Shown here one piece after another: positions 23,501 through 37,014 of a stretch of DNA of 64,000 nucleotides. The position numbers and the translations under genes were made by a program. Under the pieces are notes generated by a model, which made no database searches, was not told the origin of the DNA, and was given only the letters and a program-made list of their open reading frames with translations. Source of the DNA: Lingula anatina (lineage: Eukaryota > Animalia > Brachiopoda). The DNA is taken from NCBI GenBank assembly GCA_051362555.1, contig CM120645.1, forward strand, positions 11,966,001 to 12,030,000, given 5' to 3'. Every line of letters starts with the position of its first letter. Within the stretch, counting starts at the first letter, position 1.

Positions 23501-26500
23501 ATGGAGGAAAGCCTTGAGAAGGAATTCGCCACCAGTACCACTGCACACGGCTTTGCCAGGGCAGCGGCGTCTAAAAGCATCTGTAGAAGGATAGCCTGGG
23601 TGGTGTTCATTTTAGCAGGATTGGGGATGGCCACGTGGATGATCAGCCTGCGCTTAATCAACTACTTTACTTACTCCACATCCACGGAGATAAAAATCAC
23701 CTTTGAACCTAGGCTGGCGTTCCCGGCAGTTACCATATGTAACTTCAACAGGTCTGTGTTCGTATATTACATAACCCCCACAAAGTTTTCCATCAAAATA
23801 GATTTAACTTTGATTTTAAGGCAGATGCAGTGTCTTCTGTTGATTGAATAAGGGATTTTAAATCCAGGTGGTTGTAATTCACGTTTTGGAGATAATAATA
23901 ATAATTATAATAATAATAATTCGCTTCTTAACATGTGGCCCAATGCTTTACCGTATAGTAAAACTAAAACAGATAAATTAAACACTAATACAAATCCGTT
24001 AAAAGTATCGAATACTAAAAATATTATATACCAAAACTGAAATATTCTTTAAATAAAAAGGGTTTTTAATTCTTTTTCTAAAACAGAGATAAGAGTCATT
24101 AAAAGCCAGATTTAATTTGTTAATAAAATTGGACCATAAATTTGATGTGACCATGAGTCTTTTTGTATCATTTCGTCTTAGATGAAATTGACCACTGGAT
24201 GAAAAAATTCCATTTGGAATAACATACATGTATTTTTATATTGTACAGGTAAAATGACCCAGTCAAAACAAATATCTTTTCATATTTGTGATGTTATGAC
24301 AGTAATTGCAATTATGTTTCTATTTAAAGGTACATGAAGAAATTCCTGACAACAGCCGACTATTACGTCATACAAGCGACAAGTGCGTCGTCAGATTACT
24401 ACGAAAACTATTACAATAATTACGATGGTTACGGCAGCTACGATTATGGATCGTCGAGTTATTCCGGACCGTCGGGCTCTTCCGGATCGTCGGGCTATTC
24501 TAGCAATTCGGACTCAACCGGATCGTCGGGATATTCTAGCAATTTGGGCTCTACCGGATCTTCGGGCTATCCTGGGCCTTCGGGCTCTGTTGGATCTTTG
24601 GGTTCTACTGGATCTTCGAGCTATCCTGGACCTTCGGGATACGCCGGTTCCACGGACTCTACCGGATCTACGGGCGATACTGGGTCATACCGTTCTACTG
24701 GCAGTTACGACTCCTCTGCCCAGTCCGGAAATGATGTTTCCTCCAGATCAGCTACTTCCAATGGAATGTGGGCGAATATATCAGAGCTGTATCCAAACGG
24801 ATTCGATTTTGGGAACTTCAGCATGGAAAAGGGCTGGCAATTGACCAATGAAACTGTACTGGAATGTGAGTTTAAGGGAAGGTCGTGTGACCTTGACAAG
24901 GATTTCCAACATGTCTTCTCTTCCTATGGGAACTGTTATACCTTCAACGGCGAACTCCATGCGAGGAGATCGAGATATCAGGACCAACCGGGGCTTGGTA
25001 ACGGCCTGCACTTGGTTCTTAATGTAGAACAGGTAGGAGACTTTGTGCGATTTATAGAGCTTATCCATCGATCACCTGAGCTCCGTAACTCGAAAGCATC
25101 GCGAATTGCGATAGCCATATCACCTTTCATTTCGAGGCTATTACATGAGCAAGCAAATCTCGAGTTATCGAATAGAGACGCTTGCGCTTGGTCGCAATTC
25201 GCAATGCTTTAGAGCGAGTTACGGAGCCCTGGTCACCACTTTTTGCGTCCTGCGCGTTCGACCAGATTCGTTGAAAATGGCAAAATATTATAGTGACCGT
25301 TTCTTGACAAAGCATTATTTGCGAGTTGCTGAAAGAAGCGCTCGTAATAAGTTATGTTTGTTGGGTATGTGTCAACAATTTTAAACTAACGTTTTGTGTG
25401 GATTTTACATGCTTTCAACTGCCATACAATGTTTCATATGATTTCGCTACCGAATATTCCAACACTAAACATTACTAAATCATTAGGATTTCTGATGCTC
25501 TTCCAAAGTTTTGCAAAAGTTGTCATAAAGTCGGGGAGGGGGGGGGGGGGGGCTTGGAATGCTTTTTTTAGTAGTGACATTTATATACACTGTTCAAGTA
25601 ACGTGAGCACAACTTCTTTTCAATGCTCTTTTTTCCTTTTAAATAAAAAGAACGAATATTTGGACGATGTTCCCGACGAAACGGAACAAATTGGGATTGT
25701 ATTTCAAGTCCATTCACAGTATGAGCCGCCACTAATGGAAACTAAAGGGTTGGGAGTTTCTCCAGGATTTCACGCCTTTGCCGGGTTGAAACGATTGCAG
25801 GTAAAGTGATGCTTTATCAGAATTGTAGTATGAAGAAAATATTGATATTCTAACATTAAATAATATGTCTATACACCACAAAGCAACGGAGACGATGGGT
25901 AAATAGAATGGTAACAGGTATAATAATGGTAATGATGATATTAGCGACAATTATTAAAACAGAAGGGGGATAATTAAACAGTGACACATGATATGCAGTG
26001 CATGAAAATTTGTAAGTTCTATCAAACGTGGCGTAATGGTTATTTAGATTTAATAGTCAGCTCCTTACATAGTGTATTTTTCTATTAGTCTGGATGACTG
26101 GTGCTATATTTTGGCCAAATTGCTCAAAATGTGGAAAAAGCATGAAACTTGGCACAAATGTTCTTTGGTCTATGCTGATCATTTTCAAGGGCAGTGCCCA
26201 AAATTTCAAAGCGTTGCTTAGCAACCGTTGCTATGGAAGTGAATTTCCTCAGTAACAAGCTAATTAAACCTTTCTTGTCCAGTTTAAATGGTTTAGAAAT
26301 GCTAATAACTATGTTTCAGGGCATAAGAACTATCACTAGACTATTTTAAGGTAATAAAAACTAAATTAACCTTAGCCACGATTGCTAGGCAGCATATTAC
26401 CCTAGCAACAAGCATTTAAAGTTGCGTTAGTCTACTAAGTAAGGCAAATCTATAATACTAGCTACGAACTACACTTTTGAGCAAGATGTTCATACTTTTA

Positions 26501-29500
26501 ATCCAGTAAGTTGAAACAATTGTGTGTTTACACACATTCGATCAAATACATTGCCAGTGCAGATACCTAAGGCAGCATGTTCAAAGTTAGTAACCAGCCA
26601 TTTCCATGCTTTTATCACCTTACGACTCTTAATAAAACATTGCAATAGTTAAGACGTTAAATTCTCCCTTGTATGTGCAATATACAGTGCATTTTGCCCT
26701 TGCACATTGACAGCCTCTACATCTTCACCTACATGCACACTGGAGCAACTCTGGGCAGGTCAATAGCATGTGGCAAATGTGTCCACAAGGGTCCACTGTT
26801 CCGCACAAGTCCAACCAGAGTGGGCACATGGTATCTGATGACATGGCATTGTAGTGCTGATTCAGATATGTTCATCTCGCAAGAATACTCTTATATTGTT
26901 GTAGAGCAGCCTTGGTGGAAGTAAGATATGGCATCTAACGGTCTTTGGGTGTGAACAGAAACTTTTGAACTCCATTGATTAACAAAGAGAATTAAAATAG
27001 AACCATGCAGGTGTATTTAAGTTACTAGGTAGAGAATAGAAACTGACAAAATACAAATTGAAAAGAAAACTTTTTAGAAAATATTGAACAAAATGAAAAA
27101 TATCTTGGAAAGCTGGTCTCTGAGAAACCTTTCAATAATAAGAAAGTCAACAGTGGTTCAACCTTAAGTATTTCTCATCTTACGTAGTGCATGTATAAAC
27201 TCTCCTACCAGCCCCCCCCCTCCCTCAATACTTAAAAATATGCATATCATATTTAACTTTATCAGGAATGGAAAAAGATACAAAATAAAATGAGCAAGGA
27301 TGGTGTCTGATTACAAAAATGGACGGTAAAAGGTACCGCAAATGATAATTTTACCAAGGCCCTAAACTTTACATGGCTTAAAATACTTCTTTATGAAGAA
27401 AATAAGAGTGGAGAGCGTTTTTCTCGGCGAAATGCCAGGAATCGGTAGTAACAAAAGGTGGATTAAAAATACTTCAACCTTAATACTAATCAACCTTAAT
27501 ACTAACTTTATGGGCTAATTCAGCATCCTAAAGAGCTTACCATCTGAATGGCTATTTCTTCCCATGGAAGGAAATTACTCATAGCATTCCAAGAAATAAT
27601 TGACTCAATTAAACAAGTTACCAAACTATCCGGATAAAAAAATCATCCAAAGCCATATAATACCCAGATAAAGGTGTAGGTGAATGGCAGACATATTTAA
27701 AAAAACCTTGAGTACTGATAATTGGGAACTAACATTTTAAGAAACGGATCACAAGAAAATGAAGTTGCTCCAATTCAGAATAAATCATAGAATATTCAAT
27801 ACTTATGCTTATCTTTTGAATTTGAGAATTTTGCAATACTGCTAGGGAAAATATTATGTACGTTTTTTGGGATTGTCCACATGTAAAAAAATGTTTGGAT
27901 GTGCATCATTTGCCCCGCTAAAGATAATCATTGATAGATCTCCGGAGATATTTGTATTTGGGTTTGTGCAAGCATACACTATTTATGTACCTATCTTAAT
28001 AATTAAGAAACATGTTAGTATATGTAAAATGGGACCAAAAAGATGGGAAGAGACTGGAGGGTATGTAAAAGGCTACAGAGATATCTGTATATATATTATT
28101 AAATATATATTATTTAATATATAATGTTAAATACTTGTTGCTAGGGTAATATGCTGCCTAGCAACTGTTGCAATGGTTTACTTGGGTTTTCAATGTCTTA
28201 AAATAGTATAGTGATAGTTCTGATGGTTTGAAACATTATTAAAAGGCTTTTTAAATCATTTAAACTGAACAAGAAAGGTCCAATTAGCTTGTTACTAAGG
28301 TAAATCACTTCCTTAGCAACAGTTGCTAAGCAACGCTTTGAAAGTTTGGGCACTGCCCTTGAAAATGATCAGCATAGTCCAAAGAACATTTGTGCCAAGT
28401 TTCATGCTTTTTCCACATTTTGAGCAATTTTTGCACCAGTCATCTAGACTATATTATTCATGGACCTTAATTACCTTGAGTTGGAATTTTCTTTTATACT
28501 GTTTGAAATATAGTAACATATACGAAATATGGTAAATGAACGATATGAATCAACAAGATAACACACATTGGACATTTTTGTGGGTATAAATTAATTATTC
28601 TAAGGATTGAATGTGGTGTAGATATTAAAATACTGTTTCAGGAACAACTTTATGGAATTTGACGAGGAATAATGGAAAATAGTTTTTAAATGATGGTCAT
28701 TTTAATCCTTACAGACCGTCAATATTGAGCCGCCATGGGGGAAGTGTAACAAATCTCTGCGTCTGGATCATTACCCCCAGTACACGTTCTCTGGGTGTAT
28801 CATTGAATGTAAACTTCAGAAGACTGTGGAAAAGTGCGCCTGCAAACCTTTAGAATACCCAGGTATGCCTCGCTCTTAAAAAAAAGAACTCAGATGAGAC
28901 TGCTTAAGTTGTAAAGCCAATTACGTGAATTAACCTTACGGTAATGGTGAAAGTTTTTTTTTTTTTTTTTGCAAACGGTCGGCTAAGTGTAAATAAAGAA
29001 TACCTGAGGAGGGATTGAAAATCCGTTAAACGATGTAAGGGATCTTTTATCTTCTTTGTAAAGCACAACTTACTGGACCAAGTCTTAGCAGTATATGATA
29101 TATACTATATTGTAGGCCCCCTACATGCTAGATACACACATTGGGCGTTGCCTCCCCTTACTGAGTTGTCCTTCTAGTCAGTCATGTTCGAACATATTTA
29201 AGTCGAAAATATAAAGGCCCGTTTAAACGGGATTTAAGTTGGTTTGGTGTGCAAACTAACGGGCGAAGAAAGCAGAGACCGTCTGGAACTCGAGAGAGTT
29301 CCCAAATTTCGTGACCGTCGTCTTGGTCATGGAATTGTCGTAGCCTGTTTTAGGTGCACCGCTTGTTGTTCTTTCTTGTGCATAGTTACGAGTGCATCTA
29401 CTACATATGGATACTTCACATTTCAAAATGCTGCTTTGGTCATTTTATTCTTGCAACCAGTAAACGAAAAGTTTAAAACACCAGTTAAACATAAAACTAC

Positions 29501-31080
29501 ATACATGCACATATTGTCCCATCTGGTTGGTAGCTCGATATGGTAATTGCTGTTGGTCATTCCAGGTTCCTATCCTGTGTGCAGCCCGCGGGAAATGCAA
29601 GAATGTGTACGAGAAGAAATGCGTGAGTTTATTTAAATGCCAGAACGATCTTCGTAAAATTTAGTTAATGATTATATTAGAAAATCAGCTTGGATTGTTT
29701 TATTGATCACTTGAGGCATCAACAAGTATGCTTTGAAGTTTATGATAATTATATTAGAGTAATCAGGGTCGTGGGTAAAGGCCGAGTAGTTTTCTTTGCG
29801 AGATTTCACGTAATTTGTCGTGGTTTTTATCACTTTTAAAACTTTCAATGGGATATATCATGATGTTATTTTAGATGGAGACCATGCCAACTCTAACAGC
29901 GTCATTAGGATTTTATAAGAAAAATCACTCTGCTGAGTAGCAGGGTTGAAATAACAGAATAGCTCCAGGACACAAAAAAATTATGCTTTTCTGTAGCAAT
30001 TGAGCTTTAATTATCTAAACAGATCATCTGCCACATACACGTTTCCTATTATTTCTTCTGCATTTCTTTTCACATGATACCCTTACGTCTTTCTGTTTTA
30101 CTGCTTCTCCGCTGTCGTTTTCTTTTCGCTTCCTCTTTTTCCTAGAGAGTTACAAGCAATTCCACATATAGCTGATACCTTAATGCAAATATATACACAT
30201 TTTTTTCAGGTGTCATAAACCAGGACTTTTCTAAGCATTGTTCTGGGTGCACTGTGCCGTGTAACAGTACCAACTACAACATACAGCTGTCTTACGTGGC
30301 CCTACGGAATGCTACACTGCACCATAAGTATGGGAAGCATATTAATCTATCAGGGTATAGCGGAGACTACATCCAGTATGTATCCAGTTTATTCATTTTT
30401 CTGTCTTTTTATTCACTTTTTTCATATACATATATATTTGTTGTTTTTTATCTTTTATATATGTTATTACAGCTGATGATGAACTACATGGGCATGAGGA
30501 CGCAAAGACTTGTTTTGAGGTACGCGAACGATTATGAAATTCACGTAAACTGTGTTATGTTGCAGGGGCAATCTTCTGGCGCTTGATGTATATTACGAAG
30601 AACTCAACCTTGAGTCCATGGAACAAAAGAAGGCGGTGGAAGAGTCGGGACTATTGAGTAAGTTCAAACAAAAAGGTGTTCTCATTTTTGGGGATAATTC
30701 ACTTGGATCTAGTATAGTTGATAGGTTACATGAGAAGTTAAATCTAATATTTCGTTTTTAAGTTGCATAACTGGATTACAAGACATATTTTTACTTCTCT
30801 TGATGCTGTAAATATTACATAAATGAATGAAAATGACTGTTTTCTATTAGAAATCTAGACTACACATTTTGTTATTCGATTTCCTCGTCTTTTGTTTTAG
30901 TAAGTATACCCAAAGAAATATGTCTTAAGCTCTTTGTTCTTACTTTCAGGTGATATCGGAGGTCAACTGGGGCTATTCATGGGGTTTAGTGCACTCACAT
31001 TTATAGAGTTTTTCGAGTATATCATTCTCAAATTTCGCAGACTGACACGCCGAAGAAAGCTCATTGAGCCTATAGTTTGA
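23501..31080 (+). CDS. DEG/ENaC (ASIC-like) amiloride-sensitive channel subunit, copy 1 (565 aa)
   Basis: Exons 23501-23751, 24330-25032, 25651-25800, 28715-28862, 29566-29622, 30210-30375, 30566-30657, 30950-31080 (1698 nt). Motifs: STTAHG pre-TM1, TM1, FPAVTICNFN, GNCYTFN, Cys-rich thumb, LLSDIGGQLGLFMGFS TM2. A splice acceptor just before the ATG implies an upstream exon that I did not locate. Confidence 0.93.
26086..28451 (-). mobile_element. Degenerate Academ-type DNA transposon in ENaC copy 1 intron 3
   Basis: Terminal inverted repeats of about 330 bp start tagtctggatgactggtgc and end gcaccagtcatctagacta. The 3-bp TSD is tat, and the empty site tttttctattattcatgg is present in copy 2 (~41775-41792). 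A minus-strand relic PLWTHLPHAI/TCPELLQCACR*RCRGCQCARAK-CTVYC resembles the Academ C-terminal CXC region. Confidence 0.8.
27255..28100 (+). mobile_element. Degraded L1/Tx1-clade LINE ORF2 3' fragment nested in the Academ element
   Basis: Broken-frame motifs FIRNGKRYKIK*..MVSDYKNG..KVP..NFTKAL.FTW, QFRINHRI and FWDCPHVK match the C-terminal region of L1/Tx1 ORF2. Confidence 0.6.
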
Positions 31081-31964
31081 GGAGGAGTGTTTAGGAACTC
31101 AAAAATTTTGGTACCACACAAAGGCTATTGATATAATATAATTAAACTTTACTTGTTGACTTAACAGCTGCGAAATTCATTGATTACAAAGAATATAAAT
31201 CAGCAAGATATGTGGGATATAATATATTAGCCTATAGCTTGAGTGAAATTTGAAGGTTTCTTCGCTACTTAAAAGTTAAACCATTGATACATATACCATG
31301 CCCCGGTATCAAACAGACGTCTGCATGTAATTCCTACAGGGAAAAACTATAACTGCCCTGCAAAGAAATATATTTTAATACAACATTTGGCCATTGGATA
31401 AGCATCATATCTCATACGGGCAAAATATATGCATTTTATCATACAAATGCAATAGTGCTGTGATAAAGATTTTGAATTCACATATTTATTGGAAACTCCT
31501 GGGAACTCTTATATATAATTTAAACGTTAGGTGAATTGTAAACTTTGAGGTTTGTTATTCAATACATCGGTGCACACATTAAAGTCTTTGTATATATTTA
31601 CCATACGTACATAAGTGCACGGAAATTATTGTACGAATACACGTTTACCTGTATGATTCCGTTCCTGTGATCATGATATTTCATTGAACTTAAACATTTT
31701 ATTTTATGTGCACATCTTTTCTACTGTCAGCAAAGTGGTCTTGCGTTAATCAAGTGGAATTGTTATATTATTTCATATGTGACCTGTAACATTGTTTTCA
31801 TGAAGTATGTAGACTCAACGACAATTTAAATAAATTTGCATTAACATCTTACTCTTTATTATAAAATAAATAAAAAAAAAAAATTTACACCAGGCAGTAA
31901 TGGTATTCAGCTGACACAGCGTTTTGGAATACAGATTTGCGGTTAAAAATTTTTAATTAATATA

Positions 31965-33622
31965 CAGACTTGACATTTAATATAGAATATTTCAGTTTCA
32001 ACGGTATGCTTAGGTAAAAATGCGTTTCTTTTTCATAAAAGTCAGATCTCGTATTAGATATCTGACTGGAGAAGTATGTAGTCAGGTGTGTCGCTACCAA
32101 TTAACTGACTACCAAGTCTGTTGCACTGCTGCATTGTGTAATATGCAGAGATTTAATTGGGTAGTGCTCCTTTGGCCTGGTCTAAGCTGGGCTTTGGCGA
32201 AGCATGGTTCCGTCAAAAAAGTATCCATATGTCGGCAAGTACCGAATAGAAGAATTTGAAATTTTGCATGTAAGCGGTGGTTTTTGCAGTGCGTAAAATG
32301 AGTTCAACACTGTTTTACTTTACAAAATTGTTAATCTGAGTCAGTATGGCGCGAAAAAGATAGACATTGCCAGACAGATTATTGTGTCAAACGGAACGGT
32401 CTACGCAGTTCTATGGAGTTATAGTTATGCCCAGACTGATGTACCTACACAGAGACCACGCCCAATGTATTGACATCTTACCACCAGAGCACATGACTCA
32501 CTGTCCTTCAGGATATGCTGCTGCAACTAATCAAAAGTCACCCATTCCGTTCAGAATGAGGGGCAAATTGTGATCAAAACGCGTTTTTCAAGGCTCTTAG
32601 CGAATACCAAACTGGTTTTAGCAGGTTAGAATACTAAACTACCTCTGAGGAAGCCACTGTAAACAGCAAAACAGCATCGCCAGTTTGTCTAATGAATTGA
32701 GGACCATGACCTATTCTGGGTAGAACACTGCAACCGCGTGGCTTTCTTTATTAAGGTCAAATTTCACATGTACCGCTTAACTGGTCAAAACAGAGTTTAC
32801 AGACATCCTGAAGTGGCCTACGACAAGGCGTGTGCCGCTTTTAAAGTGACTAGGGTCATTGGCAGCGTCAGTATTTGGAGTTGGTACCAAAACACCAATG
32901 GTAGTCATTGATGAAAACCTAAACCAGATGAAATCAAGGAATAATCTGGGAACCATTTGACTATCGTATGATAGGGGGTACCTTAGGAACAATTTTAGAA
33001 TGCACGATGAGATTGCCCGTTCACACAGAGCACTTTTAATAGCAGGTAACTTACAGAGCCAAGGGATTGAGCAGATACATTGATCATCAAAATTGCCATA
33101 TTTGAACCACATAGACAATACGTAGGTAGGTCATTAGTCGCCGAATCAACGGCCTGCATGTCCTACAACTAATCCGAACCAAATTGGATAAGTTTTTGCC
33201 GTTGCCTGGAATTTTTCCAGATTGAACTCTAAAAACCTATCCCAAGGAATGTCTCGTCGCTTGAAAGCTCTGGTAGCAGCCAGATGAGGTCAGGTGTGAC
33301 AGCGACCGTTGCTGTGACAAGACACTGACATTAGTGTCCTTTGTGGGGCGAGTGACTCTTTTAAAGACGATAATTCGGAAAATATGGAGATCCAAAATAT
33401 CGCTTTCAATGGCTGTCGTATGACTTTAAATAGGCAATGCATTTTTGTTTGCTTCACTGGCGATTTCAATTAATGAACTGATGTCACAATGACATCAAAG
33501 AGATAAATAAAAGTCATTAAAACATGATTTTAATCCTTATTTTCATTTATCAGTCAGCAAAACAGGAAAAACTGATGAAAAATAATTTGTAAAAAAATAT
33601 TCCATATTAAATGTCAAGTCTG
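31965..33622 (+). mobile_element. Degenerate Tc1-like transposon
   Basis: TA TSD with TIRs cagacttgacatttaatatagaatattt / aaatattccatattaaatgtcaagtctg. The empty site aattaatatatatgcggc is present in unit 2 (~46037-46054). Transposase relics: RVYRHPEVAY..GSVSIW, NFRMHDEIARSHRA, H*SSKLPYLNHIDN, GMSRRLKALVAAR*G. Confidence 0.88.
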
Positions 33623-33800
33623 TATATGCGGCTATTGGGTTTACATTTTCGACAGTACGCGTGTTGTCTCCAAAGTCAGGTGATGAAGCGACTAGTCAAT
33701 GGACAAGGCTGACTGAATATGAACACAATTACAAGAAGCAGGCACTAGTCACCATCCTCGATCTTTCTAAAGGGTATGCGTTTATTCTAAATCCCACTGG

Positions 33801-34686
33801 TTAGACGACTTCGTCTGCTGTTTCCTTTTTATTTCTCTCGTTGTGTTGGTTTTCCTATATATAATGAAATGTTAAAATATACTGGCTATGATAATGCCAA
33901 TTATATTGAACGGATCGTCTCCCTCCAATGGTTTGCTTTTGTGGGTCGTAAATTCAGTCGTTGTGTCCACTGCAGACGTTACGGATTCAGTTGTTGCCTC
34001 TGTACTTGTCACAGGATCCGAGGGTAACGGATTAACGTAGACAAAAGAGACCGACACGACATTTGACACTTGTCCTGATTGGTTTCTGTCGTCCGTCGCC
34101 ACTAACGCAATGAAATATGTGACGTTGTGATCAACAGTTTGGTTGAATTGGACAATGAAAGTCTCAGCTCCGTCTGCCGCCAAGGTCGGAGATCGAGGTG
34201 TCGAGGAGATCGCCATCAAGAAATTTATTCGATTCCATAAAGTTATTCCGGATATCCGATATTGAAGTGCTGTATATGATGTCGTAGCTCCAGGCTGTAA
34301 TATAGGTATTCAGAAAGATAGTTATTGTAAGTATGTTTTATGCTAACTTATCCATATGGCAAGCTTAAACCTGGCATTGCATTATTTGCATTTGGTATGT
34401 TTTGCGTAATCAGCCTATCAACAGTGATTTAACTTTTTTTACAGGTACCGGTCTCATTAAGACAGGTCGACCTTACTTCTTTGGATGCGCGTCTAACGCA
34501 AAGTACCATATGGTCTAATTTTAAAAACGTATTCAAACAATGTACTTACCATTGCCCTGATCTAGATCATCACCGGTCGCTGTCCAGGACAGTGTCACGG
34601 TTTTATCTTCAGTGTTAACTGCTTCCATTGCCAGGTCGTAGATTCTGCCAGGAGGGTAGAGATCTGGTGGCTCTGAGCCAGGCGTC
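33801..34686 (-). pseudogene. Orphan 3' fragment of the CLCA gene created by the tandem duplication
   Basis: Homologous to CLCA exon 12 (partial), exon 13 and exon 15. It lacks all 5' exons, has a net -2 nt frameshift at about 34185-34204, and a deletion of about 470 bp removes most of the TM helix and exon 14. Confidence 0.9.
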
Positions 34687-36720
34687 CAGTGGACATAATA
34701 CAGAATTATATATAATTTATCATCGGCCTATGCGCCTGTTATGGTGGATGTCATGATGCCAGGGAATTGTGGGAACTTTGAGGCACATGTATCCCACAAT
34801 GCACCATTACAATTCCTAAAGGAACACGGTGCCCCAATTGTATTTGCCAAAAAATGAGAAGAGTTAATTACCTGACATACTAAAATATAACGAGAAAAGT
34901 TTTCATCTGCTGTGTTTGCTGTCATATATTACTTTCATTATGTTTATAAATCATTTGTAAATGTCCATTAGATAATTTTAGTGCAGTTTGAGGTTTTATT
35001 TATGGTTACCAAACTTGCTCACAAACCGGAGTGATAAAATATTAAGTCAACATGGATGTTATAATAATAATAGGGTATTCCTACTGTGATGACATCAGAG
35101 TTCAAAATGTGCTAGTTGTATGACGGCTACGGATCTGGAGTTAAAGGGACTGTTCAGCTTTTAAAGATTTAGTTGAATCATTTAAATTAAAAAGGAGTTC
35201 CTCTGAATGTTCCACATTCCCACATATTGTTTAAGTGAGGCTTACAAATATAAGAGGTGTTTTATACTCGGTGCAGTCCATTCGAGACCTCAGTGAGACA
35301 TACATAGTACCACATCAAGTTATTTTTTGTTTCGTCCAAAAACTATTATACGTGTATATACACGTAAGCTGTTTTTATAGCGCTATTCTATTGTCAGAAA
35401 AATATGTATAAGCACAATGACAAAATAAAAATGCTTTGTTCATTAACTCAAAAATAACATGTTATTGGGTTTTTTTAAATAAAAATGATTGAAATAAAAA
35501 GATATTTCTTAAAGGTACATACGAACCGAGCAGTGGAATCCCAGTAACACATGTAAACCACTTCTACTAGTTTCTTATACGACTCAAATAAATTGGACAT
35601 GCCAAGGGATAAACTGAACAGATCACTCGATCAGCCATAAAAGAGCTTTAGACTGCTCCTTTCTTTAAATTTCTGATCAGAAATTTAACCTACTTTCGTG
35701 ACCTACTTTTCTTCCCCATTGACATACAGCATAGAATGCTGGCAGAAAAATCCGTTCAAACATCATATTCGGGTAAAATTAAACACTGCCTTTTGGTAAT
35801 TCTCTTAGTTATACTACTAGAAACTATATGCTTGCATTTGGTCGTTTTTTGTGACAAAAAATTGGCTTTGTATGCATCTTTAAAGTTTTTTTTTTGTTTT
35901 AACAGGTACGTGCCAACCCGGTACATGTACATTACGGTATGAATATGTTAAAAAAAATCTTCTGCTGGTAAAAGCATGCCACTGTTTTAAAAATAAGTGC
36001 TTGACGATAACGTTTAGATAAAACTTTATCATATGTCTTTTTTGTACTTGTAGTGTATATTTTATAAAGCACCTCCCATAATACTGCAATTATAACCTTG
36101 AAATAGTCAGCCGCATTTTCAAGTAAAGAAACAAACAGCATATACTAAATTATTGTTTCAGACTAAAGAATAATTGTTGATCAATGCTTGTCCATTAAGC
36201 GCCATTAAGCTCTGTGGTCCTCTACTTTGCAACTAAAATGTGACCGCTTGAATTCATCGCTATCCTAACTCTTTAAAGGATACGTAAGATAAATGACTTT
36301 TATGCAGCCTTATGCTGATGGTTATTTAATCATACACCCCCTTGAGACAATTACATCGTGACTCTACGTCATTGATAAACAGTTCGATGGTACGTCCGTA
36401 TTAGTAATTTGCGACTTACATGTACAGAAGATGTATGGCAATTAATAATGATATTTATGTGACACCAAGCTAAAACGATGAACATAGAGTTACATGCATA
36501 CTCGATGACAGATCTTTGTTCCGTTTGCCTAATGTAAAAACCATGTGTCGTTCGCATGTTAAACAGTGCCCGAAGGTTTTCAAGAGAATGTAACTAAAAT
36601 GGAGAAGAATCACATCGTACGGACTGTCATGGTCAGACCAATGATGAAAGATTATAACGGACCGATTATCCACAAGAGCGAGGTGAAGTTGTCATTTGTC
36701 AGTTCTCTCTCCCTCTCTCT

Positions 36721-36754
<34 letters not shown>

Positions 36755-37014
36755 GACAGTCTAACAACTTTTCCAAATCACTAATCTAACCCAGTGACTT
36801 AGATGATACATACGCCTATGTTTTCACAGTCGACTTTAAATGATATCAAGATTGGTTTTATGTTAATATTTTAAGAATTAGTGCAATTTGTTGTACATAT
36901 TCCTCAGAGTTTAAAGTCATAGAACACAGCGTGAAAAATTGCATGTACACACACTGTCACCCCCTGAATCAGAGTAATCAACGTTATAATTCCTGATATG
37001 TTGGACACAACTGC

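Larger units (their letters stand above)
18879..34686 (+). repeat. Tandem segmental duplication, unit 1 (DEG/ENaC gene plus CLCA 3' fragment)
   Basis: Colinear homology to 34687-47569 throughout. The unit starts cagtgggcaaaatacagaat versus cagtggacataataacagaat and ends ggctctgagcc(a/g)ggcgtc. Confidence 0.9.

Noticed and set aside
24383-24844. Arg-rich alternative-frame ORF (also 39966-40286)
   Set aside because: It is an off-frame reading of the Ser/Gly repeat in ENaC exon 2, with no independent support.
30470-30500. CTGATGA in ENaC intron 6 (also ~44410) as a possible hammerhead or box D
   Set aside because: There is no stem II followed by GAAA and no box C partner.
32777-33118. 113-aa minus-strand ORF
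   Set aside because: It is the antisense shadow of the decayed Tc1 transposase on the plus strand.
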